From Nageia nagi (Eukaryota > Plantae > Pinophyta): a stretch of 64,000 nt of DNA. Positions 1 to 13,431 of this stretch are shown here, one piece after another; position 1 is the first letter of the stretch; every line of letters starts with the position of its first letter. A model generated the notes under the pieces. It searched no databases and was not told the origin of the DNA. It was given only the letters and a program-made list of their open reading frames with translations. Position numbers and translations under genes: made by a program. The DNA lies in assembly GCA_050084985.1 (NCBI GenBank), contig JBITNC010000001.1, positions 97,588,001 to 97,652,000 on the forward strand, read 5' to 3'.

Positions 1-43
1 AAAGTTTTGGAATTACAAATTCTTCGTGCCAAGTGTTGAGATG

Positions 44-398
44 CATGAGATATTCAAAATTACTTAACTGCAGCTCAAAGATACCTTGATTTGGATGCCA
101 GTGGTTATGGGGAGAAACACCAGGTGCCTCAATGAAATGTATAAATTACTTATCTGATGCTCAAAGATACCTTGATTTTGATGCCAGCAGTTGTGGGGAG
201 TACACAATGTGCCTCAGTGACATTTGCATGATGTCATGATGGAATAGCTCAATAGTTCAAGGAGTAACACCATGTGCCTCAATGAGATGTATAAAATTAC
301 GTATCTAAAGAATAAAATACCTTAATCTGGATGCCGGTTCTGGGGAGTATACCATGTCCCAAAGTGACATTTGCATGATGTCATGATGCAATAGCTCC
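44..398. repeat. Composite tandem repeat of ~85 bp units
   Basis: AAAGATACCTTGATTTGGATGCCAG..GGGGAG..CACCATGTGCCTCA recurs at ~78, ~163 and ~314. It is followed alternately by 'ATGAAATGTATAAAATTAC' (~131, ~282) or 'GTGACATTTGCATGATGTCATGATG.AATAGCTC' (~217, ~364). Confidence 0.8.
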
Positions 399-479
399 TA
401 GAAGTGTTCTGAACTTGTAATATGTCTTCCCAAATTTATAACTATATTACAAGAGTAATACTCAAAAACTCCAAGATTG

Positions 480-3400
480 AGGAAAAAAAAATTGTGAGAG
501 AGGATAACAAGTAGCAACAGCTGAGCAGTGCAGGATGGGCATGAAAAAGAGGGGATTGCTGATAATTTTGCACCATAGGCCCACAGAAAATGGAAATCAA
601 TTAGACTTGATGAAGTAGAAACAGGAAGTAGAGATCAGAATGGAAGCAAAATCTAGGCCAAGGAAGAACATGACCCAGTGAGCAGAATTATGTCTCCTTC
701 AAAGATCTCTTTTGGATGGTGGTAAGGGTTCTAGGCCTTCAAAACTTAGCCCTTTGAAGAAACTTGAGATTCGTCATGCCCTCAAGAAGAGACCAACTCT
801 AAATTTGGATGCACAAAAGCTAGGGGAAAGGATATTGTACCTTAGGGATCATGCGCTGATCCATTAATTTTTAGGGGCTTGGTCAATTGAGTATATCTAA
901 AGACATGGATCAAGGCCACATAGGACCCTATACTAGGGATTTCCTTATGCTTGCTGCTCAATATTTTTTTCTAACTATGTCTTGCCTTCTAGACAATAGG
1001 ATCGAGTAGCTGAAGGATCATGGTGGATGGGAAACTCAGGGCTCTTTGTAAAACCTTGGTTCCCACACTTCAATCCCAAATCTAAGAAAATCAATTGCCT
1101 TCTAGTGTGGATAAGGCTCTACAGTCTTCCTCTAGAGTTTTAGAATCTCTATATTTTGGACGAAATAGGTTTTTTCTTGGGTGACTTTCTTGAAATTGAA
1201 GATCCCTCTATGTAAGTAGACCTCCACACTTATGGCCAAATTTGTGTAAAATATCAATTTGAATAGGCCATTGCCCACTTCAATCCTACTTCAGGCAAAG
1301 GATTTCAAATGAGATCAACAAGTAACTGCGGTTTCCGTGGATCCAAAGGTTGAGGAGGATTTATATGCAGAAGAGGATTTCATCAAGGAAGAGGAAAATC
1401 TGTAGAGAACATACTCAAAGCTAAAATCTTTAGAGGTTTTCAATCCCCATTCAGATTGTGGACAGAAAGAACCAGGCAGGCCAACAAATGTAGAAGCTTT
1501 GGTGATTTTTGGGAAAGAAGGTGTGCGGCAGCATGATCTTTTACTTTGATCAAACTTTTCTTATATAAGATAAGGTAAGATACAAGGCAAATTGCAGATA
1601 AAGATGTCAGACAAAAACTGGGTCAGAGACTCAGAATTCAGGTCAGACAAGTGATCAAGTTCTTGGCCAAAAAGGTAGTGGGGTTAAGCCCACTTGCAAA
1701 TCCTCCCACAAATAAAGATAGTTTTCTGGAATGTTAGAGGCTTTACAAGCAAAGGCTACTATCCAGCCATTTGAATGATTGGGATGCAGATGCAGTTATG
1801 ATCTAGAAAACCAAAATGCTTAGAAAGGAAGCAATTGAAGCCCAAGATAGATTGTGGAGAATAGCTAATCTTCTATAGGATAACTCTGTGGGGACTTCAG
1901 GAGGGTTGGAAATCCCATAGAACCCAAGAAATATTCAAATCAAAGACGTTCAATCAGATAGGAACTGACACATTTTAATGTAGAACAATACTAGGAAGAC
2001 CATAAAGAGTTTTCTCATCAATGTTTATAGTCCATCAGATAAAGGTCAGAGAAGGATAGTTGGGAAGGGCTAAGAGCTAATAGGAAGAGTCTTCTACAAG
2101 AGGCCCAAATCATGGTAGGAGGTGATTCTAATATAAGTCTCCTACCCAAAGAGAAGCAAGGTGATAGGGGTTGGGATCCATCTCAAGGTCTAGAATTGGA
2201 GTAATTATTTTGTGACATGGATGTCTACACCTCTGACGGAATTAGCACATGGAATAATCAAGAAGAAGACAAAGTAAAAGAGAGACTAGACAAATTTTCC
2301 ATTTCTGTAGGGTGGCCTGTAGACACAGATTGCGATGCCTCTATTGTTTGATTTTAGATCAAAACATTTGTCAATTGATATAATTATTAAATCTACCTGA
2401 AAATGGGCATCTCCTTTCCACATTAAGAGGGCCCAAACATTTGACAACACAACTATAATCAGGCAAGAAATGGTCTTTGTTTTTAAAATACCTTGATAAG
2501 AGGGAAGAATTTGGTATCAGTTGAGGACAATAGCATACTTATGAAGGAAATAAAGGATGAAGTTAAAAGGGTCATGTTCAATATGGAAGGAAATAAAGCT
2601 CTAGGGCCTGATGGATACCCTAGAGCCTTTCTCCAGAAATTCTGGGACATTTGTAGAAATGATGTAGTAGCAACAGTCGAAGAATCCAAGACAAAAAGAG
2701 AAAAGAAGAATAAAAAAGCTATCCACTTTGATGGATTCAGACCCATTGCCCTTTTCAATACAATGTACAAACTGATGACAAAAATTATAAATAGTAGACT
2801 GGAGCCTGGAGGTGACTATTAACAAACTTATATTTCATAAACATAGTGGTTTCTTAAAAAGCAGGAAAATTCTAAATGGAATTCTAATTGCTCATGAAGT
2901 CATTCACTCTCTTCACTTTGTAAAGAGGCAAGTATATTGGTGAAATTGGACATCCAAGCTTATGATTTTTTTCTCAATTTTTCCTTAGTTGGCACCGTAG
3001 AGGAAGGATTCGAGGGGTTACCAGGGATCATGGAGGTTCCATGTTTGATAACTATAAAGCTATATGACTCTTTGACATCCTCCCCTTACTACAAGGACAT
3101 CCCAACAACTATGAATGCATTGAATTTTTTGTGATGGCAGCTGGGTACCTAGGGCACTAGCCAATATCTAGGGATCTCACCTAGTGAAAAGCCCTTAGAA
3201 GCACAAGATACTAGAGACACACAGATAGGTTTCTCTGGTCTACCTTGTTAAGGTTCGAGAGTCGTACCACATCGGGGTAGACTATGGGAACCTTTGCCCG
3301 GCGTCTATGTCGTGCACTGCAATGCCAGTTTCATGTCCAGAGAGGACATGCCCTACCTGTACTGGTGTTGGCTCCATATAGCATTGATTGGGGATTTCTT

Positions 3401-4400
3401 TTAGAAGTTCTAAAAAGATTTGGCTTCAAAGATGAATGGTGTAATTGGGTAAGAAATTGCTTTGCTGGAGCTCTTTTTTTTTGTCCTTATCTATGAAAGT
3501 CCAATTGGATTCATCCTTTCCTTTAGGGGTTAAAGGAAAGGAGATCCTTTATCGCTCTTTCTTTTTATTTTAATGACTGAGGCTTTTAGGACTTTGGCAA
3601 AAGAGAGACAAAAAGGCACAATTTCAGGAATCAAGATCACTAATGGAGTGAATAATCAGTCCCACCTACAATTTGTGGATGATGCCCTTTAGTTCATCTA
3701 GATAAGGAAATCCTCTCTAGATGGCATGTGGTCTCCCTTGCTAAGAAGGATGTAGAGTGGGCAAAGATCAGACATGATAAATGGGAAATACTTGAAAGAA
3801 GGGGATGTGAAATCAATTTTGATGGGGCATCAAAGGAAAATTCGGGCCTGCCAAATGCATATGGAAAGGTAACTAATAAAGCATTTGGTAGGCTTAGGAA
3901 TCCTTTACCTCATTTGTAAGCATAATTAGGAAATATGCATAGAGGAATATTTTAAATTAGTTGTATCATGCTCAAAGAACTTCAACTTGCTAATTGGGAG
4001 CTCATGGATATCTTGAATGAGATGAAGGGTATGCAGTTGTACATTAAAGATGAACTTAAAGAAATGTGAGAAGGGAGATGCCAATAAGGGAGCAGAATAG
4101 TTGACCAACAAAAGGATATTCATCTACATAGTTTTAACAATGCATAGGACATAAGAGAAGAAAATCTAGCCAAAATCCTTAGGAGGGACTTTAGGCATGA
4201 ATTATTTAATAGAATCTATCAAACACTTTTTCTTGTGTAGTATATAGGATTTATATTTTATACATATATATTGGTTGATGTTGAAGCTGATGTCTGTATT
4301 AATCTGCCAGTTTAGCTCTTTTTGTATTTACAAATATTAAGTATGAGTCCAAGCCCCAGTAGAAGCTGATGAATATTACAAAAACAAAAAAGAATAAAGC
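480..4400 (+). mobile_element. Degenerate L1-clade LINE (ORF1 DUF4283-like, APE endonuclease, RT, RNase H), internally deleted
   Basis: ORF1: WWMGNSGLFVKPWFPHFNP..VWIRLYSLPLEF (1021-1140). Endonuclease: IVFWNVRG (~1718), VGGDSN (~2114), ERLDKF (~2279). RT: KALGPDGYPRAFLQKFWD, FRPIALFNTMYKLMTKIINSRL, ILIAHEVIHSL, KLDI.AYD/SIDWGFL, GDPLS, SHLQFVDDA (~3660-3687). RNase H: INFDGASKENSG (~3812). A-rich tail at ~4380-4398. Many stops and frameshifts; outer boundaries are approximate. Confidence 0.9.
2967..3379 (-). mobile_element. 413-bp non-autonomous insertion (SINE-like/unclassified) inside the LINE RT domain
   Basis: Removing 2967-3379 restores GCT TAT GAT|AGC ATT GAT TGG = the conserved AYD-SIDW RT motif. 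The insert begins with a T-rich tract (A-rich tail on the minus strand). Only a possible 2-bp AT overlap is seen at the junctions. Confidence 0.7.
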
Positions 4401-5803
4401 TTTGAAAAAACAATCCAAGCAAGCAATATCTTCAACTAAAAGTTCAAATTTCTAAAATTGGCAGAGTACACTTGCATAATGATGTGGCAATCATGACTTA
4501 AAAGTTTTGGGTAAACAAGAAGATAAAAGGATTTTAAAACTTTGATCCAATGTTGCTCTAGGAGTGTATTTTAGTATGCATAATGATAAGCAGTCCTCCA
4601 GGGCCTTTAACTAACAATACATAGACAACCATCAATCCTGCCAAAATCCCCTGGATACATTCTTTAAAAATTTTCAACAGGAGAATTCGCATAGTAACAT
4701 ACTTCTTTTCCAGGTCAACTCAAAATTGGATGTCCTAGCTCGAGTCAAAATAAAGTTTAATTGAACAACCAAGATATCCTGCGAAGCAATGGTTGATGTG
4801 GTCACCCCAAACATTTTACACAAAATTGGGTTTAATTGTTCTTGTTCATGGTGTCATACTGGAAATGGTACCCAGACACACCCTTCCACAAGTAAAAGCC
4901 ATGCAAGGGGTATGATTGGCTTTCTCTCCATCTATTGACAGCTCAGAAACTCAATACTAAATGACAACTAAAATCCACCACTAGCAACTGGTAAAACAAG
5001 TTTCAGATTGTTTGGCCTATAGTTATAGAGTCCAAAATTGTCCATTTCGCCCAATGTCTTATATACCAAGGATTGCCCATCAGAGAAAGGTTGGCTCATT
5101 TAGGGGTCGCCAACCCATGATGTCCTTTTTGTGGACACAAAGAGAATGTCAAACACCCCTTTTGGTTTTGTCCAAGAGCCTAGTCTGCATGATCTTTTTA
5201 AACCATTTAGACCAAAACCGCTCTCTTGGCATATAACTATGTTGAGAAACTGGTCCAACCCGCCTTCCAAATTTGCTCAGCTACGACATACCTTTAGGCT
5301 AGAAATTCCGTTTGACATATGGAGGGATAAAAACTCTACGATGTTTTCTAGAATTGCAATAGATACAAAGATTTCTACAGGATGTAAAGCTAAAGTCTAT
5401 TCTAATCTTCTTTTGCAGTTCCACATACAACTCAACAAAGTTGCGTTAGACGTGGCCCATCTTTAAGCTCTTATGGACCATTGGATAAACGCACCATGCA
5501 TGGTCACGCATGTTCCTTCTTCCTCCCCATCACAACAAAGCCTGTCCAAAGGTTGCAAGAAACAACACAACCAAAGCTCCCAAGGCACCCATTGGAGCCC
5601 ATAGTACAGGCATAGAGATTGGAACTACTCATCACCCCAACCCCCCTTAGTCTTCAAATTGGGGAACTCAAGGGTAGGCCAACAACCCATTGGAGAACAA
5701 ATTTTCTCAGCTAAGTCTTGCCATCTCCCCTAAGAGGAATGCAATGAACGAAGTTACAGCTCCTACTAACAACAAGGCCAACTCAGGATGGAATCCTCCT
5801 ATG

Positions 5804-6090
5804 AAGACTCTTGATGCACCCGTAGACTGGGGCATCCCCTCGGATTGAAACCCACCCCTTGGTTCCATAGCAGTTTCTACCTGAACACTATTGTGGTTCA
5901 CGAAGACTCTTGATGCACCCGTAGGTTGGGGTGACCCCTCGGATTGAGACCACCCCTTGGTTCCATAGCAGTTGCTACTTGAACACTATTGTGGTTCACA
6001 AAGACTCTTGATGCACTCGTAGGTTGGGGAAACCCCTCGGATTGATATCCACTCCTTGGTCCATAGCAGTTGTTACCTAAATACTATTGC
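5804..6090. repeat. Tandem repeat, ~3 x 98-99 bp
   Basis: AAGACTCTTGATGCAC starts at 5804, 5903 and 6001. Each unit carries CCCTCGGATTGA..CCTTGG(T)TCCATAGCAGT..ACTATTG. Confidence 0.95.
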
Positions 6091-6439
6091 AGTTGAATCA
6101 CTGCAATTTTTTTATTTGGATTATGTACTAAGTCTTTTGGCCTCATTTAGACTTTAGGGTGTGAATTTCTTTCCACCCGCCTTTTTTTTAAATAAGTGTA
6201 ATAAATATTTTTTTCTAAAGTAATATAATAGTACTTTTTTATCAAAAAATTGTAGACACTTGGAACCATACTCAATGATGGATCCATTTGTATCTATTCT
6301 TTATAGGTGATAGGCATCAATACTACCATGCTTTTTAGCTGCTTCTTTTTTTAAGCCCACTATTTGATGCAAAAACATTCAAATAAACTTACATTGCCAA
6401 AAAGAATTTGAAAAATTTTTGCATGAAAATAAGGTTGTA

Positions 6440-8790
6440 GCCTGATGAGGGTCATTTAAGTTGTAGGCAATCTGCATTGATTTAATTAATTACCTTATTT
6501 TGTAGAGGTAGATTATTGAAGGGATTTTCATTTTCCTTTAATGTATTAAATGGTTCATATTTTATTAATATTATTTTTGGGCAAGGCTTGTAAATTATAT
6601 TATAAGGCGTAAGCCTTATAATTTATTTAATATAGCCCAAAGGCTCATTATAAAGGCGGATCTGCAATATTATATGGTCCATAAAACTATTATCGTGTGA
6701 GGTCCATGTGGATATTAAGCATTCAAGCTTCAATGATATATATGCAAGTAGGAAATTAAAAGGGTGTCATCACCTTGACATGTTATGGTTATTGGTTCAT
6801 AGTGGAGATAATATGAAGGGTCAGGTCCTGAAGAAACAATGGATGGGCATTATTTTCATCACATGAGCTTGAATGTGGTCTGCCACTCGAACACGTTGAG
6901 CACACAAGTGCCAAAATCATCACTGACACACATCCACGTGGGAAAATTTGGTCCAACCACTATCCAATTATTTGGTTTCCAACAACCATGATTTTAGGTG
7001 GTTAGCCATTAACTTTTAAAAGGCTCAAGAGAGGCAGTAAGTGACATGATGTCACTTTTGACAGGTGGTGAAGCGTTATTTGATGCAGATATTAGTAAGC
7101 ACGCCTTGGCCTTGGATTAAAAAAAATTCTAACTGCCATTGGATAAATATATTTTCAATGACCATGATCGTCAGGTCATTTTAGGCATAACACTATAGCA
7201 AGTGGATTCCAGCCTAAACCTTGGGTATTGATGTCAGCAATGACACGTGATGAAGTGCGAATTAATTCTGAGATTTTTGGTAGCCTTAAGTCCCCTTCAA
7301 GATAGAAGTTTTGACTGTTGTTGATATGAATGAATTTAATTGATGCCCGGAATCCATTGAGCCCTTGTGAGGCATAGAAAATATTTTAAGGTTAGAGCCT
7401 TTAACTTAGTTTTAGGGCTTTTATCCAACATTAACAAGGCCTAGCCTTATAATATTAAAGAGCCATGATCTCGAATCTATGACACAAGCTCAGCCAATCA
7501 AAAGCCAAGATGAACTTTTGAATGATGGTATACCTCTGAAACTCCTAAAATCTCTGCCACCTGTCAAAATTAATTAGTTTCAAGTTCTCAACAACCCGGA
7601 TTGGCTCAATATTTGTAAGGGATTCCCCTTTTAAATGAAATGCATTCCTCATACTCGAGGAAACAGGAAAGAAGACACTAGGTAATCTAGCCCATGGGCT
7701 ACAGCAAATAAGGAACATGAATCAGCAAACCCATTTTAGTCAAATAGTCAAAACTTTCAACAATAGAAATAATGGTTCAAGGAATACAAAGGAAGCTGAA
7801 GGCATAGGGGAACAATCTTAAAGCAGGGTTTGATGCAGTGCATTGACAGCAGTTGCAGTAAAGGATGAATGCCATGCATTGATATGTATTGCTTTATAAT
7901 CTTCAAACCTGAGAGAATTGTCAAGTTCTATTATTTTTCAATAAAATTTGAGCAAATCTGGTTCTACTAATTGCAGAAGAGACTGTAAAACAAAACAATC
8001 TCACAAAAACAGAGAACACAAGATGTAACGTGGTTCACCCAGTTTAGGCTACATCCATGGAGAATATTTCAGTCCTTTATTGAGAATCCTCTCTTACATC
8101 AGTCTCTCAGAATTCACTCTTCTGCTACAATGCTTTCCTATGAATTCTACAAATAATAACCCATTCATTTATAGATTCATTACATTCTAGTTATCTACTC
8201 CTTTGCCATGCATAGAAACATCAAGTTTTTTAGAATAGCCCATAAACAAGTTCCAAAATCTCAAAACATGCTTTTTTTGTCTCAGGACTTCTGATCGGCC
8301 ACACTCAGACTGACTGGCTCTGTCGGACCGGCCTCCAGGGGACTGACTGTACTGATTAGCCATATGACTAGTTTGATCAGCCACCAGCAGACCGATTGGC
8401 CCTATGCAAGCCGACTAAGAGATACAGAGCTGAAAATGAGAGTTAGCCAAATCAATTAGGCTCCATTCTTAACATTAGTCAGCCTGAATGTATTCATTGT
8501 TCCACATGAAATGCTAGATTTGACCTCTCAATTATTCTGAGTTAATTAAGTTTGAATAAATGGTAGTCATAAGTTTAATATAATTATTTGAATGGAGTTT
8601 CCTGTCATTTACTCATGTTTTTGTACTCGTTAGTTTTTATTTATTTAATTATTGTTTGCTTCAATATATGTTGCATGCTTTGATTAATAAGCAGACACTG
8701 AGGGATCATGTGTACAATGTATGGTGGCCATGAGGAGTGTCGCATGATGGAATATTGTTCCTTTGATTCCAACGCCCATTAGTAATACAT
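6440..8790. mobile_element. Probable LTR/non-coding portion of an LTR retrotransposon, hosting a nested solo LTR
   Basis: Non-coding block with recurring AGCCTTATAAT motifs (~6612, ~7443) and LTR-like composition. The termini could not be identified. Confidence 0.3.
7984..8474 (-). mobile_element. Ty1/copia-type solo LTR (~490 bp)
   Basis: Termini TGTAAA...TTAACA form an imperfect inverted repeat with TG..CA. It contains ACACAAGATGTAACGTGGTTCACCCAGTTTAGGCTACATCCA, which resembles antisense copia LTR 3' ends, plus an antisense TATA (ATTTATAG ~8167). No PBS or PPT is adjacent and no clear TSD was found. Confidence 0.65.
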
Positions 8791-9958
8791 CCTTGATATC
8801 ATGCCAAGCATACTAGCATCTATTACTCCTAAAATTATCTATATAATGCTTCCATGGTTTTTGCCTCACATAGTGATATGGATTTCGATACACCTGAACT
8901 CATGTAGGCTTATCCTTCTATTTCGTTTTCTTTAACTTGTTAACTTATTAGCCTATGGCCCTTCAACGGATGAAGGGTTTCAACTTCATAACCAGCCAAT
9001 TCCTCCCCTTATCTTCCTCAAATTCGTTCTCACAATCTTATTTGATTCTTTCTCACGCTATTTTTTAGATCTCTGATCTTGTGGAGATTTGTGTGCAATG
9101 TGCACACAACATCTTTCTTGTCTTTGATTAGTTCCTCATGTAACATAAAACCTTCGAAAGTTGCTTTCTTTTTATTGTAGCAATGCTTCATGAACAACCT
9201 ATATTGAAATCAATAGTCCACAATGTTTCTAACCAAGAAAAAACCAATTTCTAACCCATCCATAGCTATGAGATAAGAATCAGAATGCAAAAAATATTTG
9301 TACTAGGTAAGTTTCAAGTGTTCAAACACTTCTAACCTTTTCACTGTATAAGTTTGTCCGTTTAATATTCCTTGCTTAAATTTTAACTATCTTGGGAAGT
9401 TAAAGTTGGTAAATTGATGCTCACTACTTGGTAACATGGAATTGGAGACAACGGCAATTTGACTTTTGATATTGCACCTAACAAGAATAAAAAACATTCT
9501 GAGAAGCTTACTAGTATCTTTTAACTTCTAGTGTATATAATGCAGATATTCATATTACAATGTTAGGTCTTGTGTGAATCTTGACAAGGGTGTTATGTAA
9601 CTATTTACATGTCATATATGAGGTCAACCCTAAGAACAAAAGCAGCCGAAAGCATTGAAAATTCCACGTATTTTCATTTCCAAAAGAATCCTAATGTTTT
9701 GGTCCACATACATGACACACAACATTTCAATTTTGCCAGCATGCCGCCCTAACGTGTCTCATGTTCATTTGAATAAAAAAACTGACATAAAAGTTATTTT
9801 ACTTTCTTAAATGAACAATTAATTTCAATGACAACTATGATTCTATTCGCATCATGAGCAAATCTATTTGTCCATTTTATATTTTTTATATAGGCATCAA
9901 TCAAAAGAGTCTTAATAACAGAGCTAAAATAATAATTTAATAAGAGAAAAAGACATAC

Positions 9959-10100
9959 TTGCGGATATAAATACAAGAAGATGTACCACCAAGCACCAAT
10001 CAAAGATGTAACAATTGTGGTCAATATAAATGATTGAAATATGATCCAACTGGCACTTATAGCTAGTACTCCTGTAAGACCAATTGTCCATGGCTGGCAC
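9959..10100 (-). CDS. Exon 2 of DUF6737-like predicted plastid membrane protein
   Basis: Acceptor tttcaAG|G at 10101/10100 and donor CAA|GTATGT at 9959/9958. Encodes (W)CQPWTIGLTGVLAISASWIIFQSFILTTIVTSLIGAWWYIFLYLYPQ, with two hydrophobic helices. The phase matches exon 1 (TG+G = Trp). Confidence 0.9.
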
Positions 10101-10929
10101 CTTGAAATAAAAATTAAAATCAAAAGATTAGATACAGTTCAATTACCTGAATTTCCTAGAAATAGTCATGAAATTAACTACAACAATACAATAGGATGTA
10201 CAAAAGTAAACCAAAATAAAATTAAGTATATATGTTTGATCTATTTCAAACTCATTAGCTATCCAATTGGAAAAGCTGCCTAGATCTTATTTGTTTAGGT
10301 TAGTACTTCTTCTTGTAAATGTAAATTGAGACGTGATACACAAATTTAATTCACATTCAATCACTGCAGCTCAAATAAAGCCTTAAAATGATCAGCCTTC
10401 TATATAGGAGGCATAAGAAAGCTTGAAATTTGAGTCTATCAACTATAAAAGAATTTCAGTAGCAATTGTTGGAATTCTTCAAACAACGTGATATACAAAA
10501 AGAACACCCCATCCTGACACATTGTAAGTTGTTATCCCATGAAAGCTTGGCTTGTATTTCAGTTCTTTATGGGAATCAATAAGTATGTTATTGGATATGC
10601 AGTCTTGATTCTTTGGTAACTAAAACATGATCTGTAAACTGCTTGGGATTGTGATTAAAATTCACTAGTAAAAGATTATTAGATAATGAATTATTATTTC
10701 CTACAACTTTCATGAGGATTTCATGTCCATCAAAACATTTTTTCAGTAAAGAATATGAACTAAAATGGACACAAACATTCACCCAACATGAAAAGAGTAT
10801 CATTAATTTAGCACAGGGATTCCAAACACTGTTTTGATGTGGGAGAAAACTGAATACAACAAAATAAAATGTTTACTTCCATTTATCAATCTGAAGGTCT
10901 ATGGAGAAGAGAAAATACGTCTCACTCTC

Positions 10930-12200
10930 TGTAGAATAATCTGCCATGGAGTCTCATAAAGAAGTTTTCTACACTCTTCTGCCTCTCTCTGCTCAAAAGT
11001 CTCCTACAGCAGGCTTGAGATATGTTGCAACAAAATGGTTCCACAGATTATTCAAGTCAAGTTCTATAAGATATGTAGGTAACAGGGATCTCATCATCCC
11101 AATCTCTAGAGCTCCAAAACGTTTTGTTCTTGATGATCCAAGATGCTATCATGGCAATTGAGGATGTTATCATCACTTATCCTTGTAATATTTACTACCA
11201 TTGAACTCATGACCTTAGGATCTCACTCAGCCAACTCAAAGTTCTCTCCTAAGAATTGCAAGTGTAAATAGATTGCCACGCACAAGAGGCCAAGAATGAA
11301 AACTATTTTAAGTGTTCCATCTGTTACAAGATTTGAAAACAATATTATTGTTTTGTTTAGAAGCTCAAGAGAGTCACCTGCAACCTATTTTCACTTATCC
11401 CAACCAACAGTGCTTTCTCTATGTGCTTTAGGGCATGTCAGGGAATGCAAGAGGTCTTGTAAATTACTGAATTGATCACTTCCTTGTTCTCAAAGGTCCC
11501 AGTTAATAAGGGCAACAAGCACCCTGTTGATACTAATAGGACCGCAGAGAACAAAGAGTGACCAATGAAAGTATATCTTCTCTCACTAGCAACAACTAGG
11601 ATTTCTATGACTTGCCTCTTTAATACTTGTCCGGGAATATCAATTGCTTCCTGCAATTACAAAGACTCCATGCAACCCAGTGTTGAACAATGGAGAATAT
11701 GATTGCAGCTGACTTTAATGATCCACCTCTCTTGGAAAGCATATTTTATGGCTCTTGAACCTCATCTTAGAACCTTTAGAAAAATGCCTTTGCTCTCTTG
11801 TACAACTAGCTTGCGAAGACTCCAGCTCCACTATTTCACCCCCTTCCTTTGCTTTTAGGAACAACAATACAAATTTCTTGATGAGGACGTTGCTTGATTG
11901 GATGAAAAAAATGGATCTATGTACTTTATGGGTAGGCATGTCCATCCTTCATTAGTGAAATTTGTTTTCTCCTCTCACGAAGATGGCATCTTTATTCTGC
12001 AAATGGGGACTATAGGCCACCAAAATCACCTCAAAAACATCAAGGGGAACAAAACTTCGTTAATGGTTTAAGAAGCCTGCAACTTTCACCATGCATTTCT
12101 TAGAAACTTTTAATTTGATGTCTTTTTGCAACTGTCCAAATGGGTTTGAGCTTGAGTCAGCAGGACTTTGACGTCTGATTGGTTTGTGGGCACAGTGGCA
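10930..12200 (-). mobile_element. Highly decayed Ty3/gypsy remnant in intron 1 (gag end / aspartic protease-like)
   Basis: IPGQVLKRQVIEILVVASERRYTFIGHSL (~11555-11640) resembles the gypsy protease G..V.ILVDSGSTHNFI region. A purine tract followed by TGTAG occurs near 10965-10990 on the minus strand. Confidence 0.4.
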
Positions 12201-13087
12201 CAGTAACAACATTTACTTAATTGAGCCAAAACTTAAAGTTAGTAGGATGCATAAATACATGTTTAGAAAGGGGCTGCGAGTCCATTGGCAGAATCCCAAT
12301 TGTTGGTAGATCCTTTTTGAGAAGCTGTGTAATGTTGCCTCTCTGGTTCTGCAGTGATATATGAACGCCCTCATTATTATGGTAGGGCCATTATAACAGA
12401 AGGTCCTTTTATTATTATGGCCTAAAACAAAAACTCTTACAAATCCATAGAATGACAGATGAGACCAAGGACCATGAAAAGCAGCATAGCTCGCTGGTTA
12501 CTTTTGCATTTCCTAAAAATCACTAGCATATGTCCTGAACGTAAAGGTTTCAAAGTAGAGAGGACTAATGAGTTTGATTTGAACAAGGCATAAAAGCTCC
12601 TCGTTTGAATATCCAAAAGTCGTCATACATTATGCAATTGCATTTCGGTCATTTTGAAAATAAGTTTGCCTGGCCTTTTCCAGCAATTTCCACAGGTTAA
12701 TTCACTCCAAGCTTTCCAACACCACTTTATTATCACATTATCTTGGGATCATTATTACCTTATCAAGCTTACTGGAGATAGAACCTGAGAGCATTCCCAA
12801 AACATGAGCAGACAAAAAGCAGCTTTCTCAGGGGATTGAATTGTTAATTCAGGTCGAGTCCAGTTATTTGTTTATTGGGTCTGACCACTAAATCCCAATC
12901 ACTCTTTCAAAACATCTTTCACCCCATTTTTAGCCAAAGAATCAAATTCTAGAACTAAAACAATTTTTCAAACAAATTCATCTCGAATTCCATATTCTTC
13001 AAATTGAGCAGTAAAAAGATTTAAAAAACAAATCTCACATCAAATGTTCCTCTCTCTGTCTCTATACATATATATTGAAGAAGTTAC

Positions 13088-13431
13088 CAGGCAGGTTTAG
13101 TGTCCCAGAGGGAGTCGTATTCGAGAGAGAGGCGATTCAAGTAGTCGTCCATGTCTGAGACGCTTCCATCCTCCTCCAAGTATCTCTCCATGCCATTATC
13201 TCCCTCTCGGGATTTGCTTTTTATTGGCCATTGACCTCTTTGTGTCTGCAACTTCCATCTTTGAGAAATGCTGAGGAAGGAGCCATTGAAATCTGGAAAC
13301 TGGAATGCAAATGGGTGTGTAGGGAATGATGTGATGGAATTCAATGGTGGGTTTCCAAGATAAAATCTGCAATGATAAAGAGTAGGATGACATGGAATGG
13401 AAATTGGACAGGAGCAGAGGAGAGTGCCCAT
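13088..13431 (-). CDS. Exon 1 of DUF6737-like predicted plastid membrane protein
   Basis: MGTLLCSCPISIPCHP... is an S/P-rich, transit-peptide-like N-terminus, followed by the conserved RYLEEDGSVSDMDDYLNRLSLEYDSLWDTKPA(W). Donor TG|GTAACT at 13088/13087. An alternative in-frame ATG lies at 13467. The family assignment comes from recall of the KPxWCQPW motif. Confidence 0.85.

Noticed and set aside
44-398. Repeat-spacer-like pattern at the window start
   Set aside because: The 'spacers' are themselves repeated, so this is a composite tandem duplication.
3245-3280. GGTTCGAGAG as a tRNA T-loop
   Set aside because: No cloverleaf or acceptor stem can be formed; at most it is a SINE-derived box.
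9794-9958. Read-through of exon 2 to the stop at 9794
   Set aside because: There is a good GTATGT donor right after YPQ, and the downstream translation is T-rich and intron-like.
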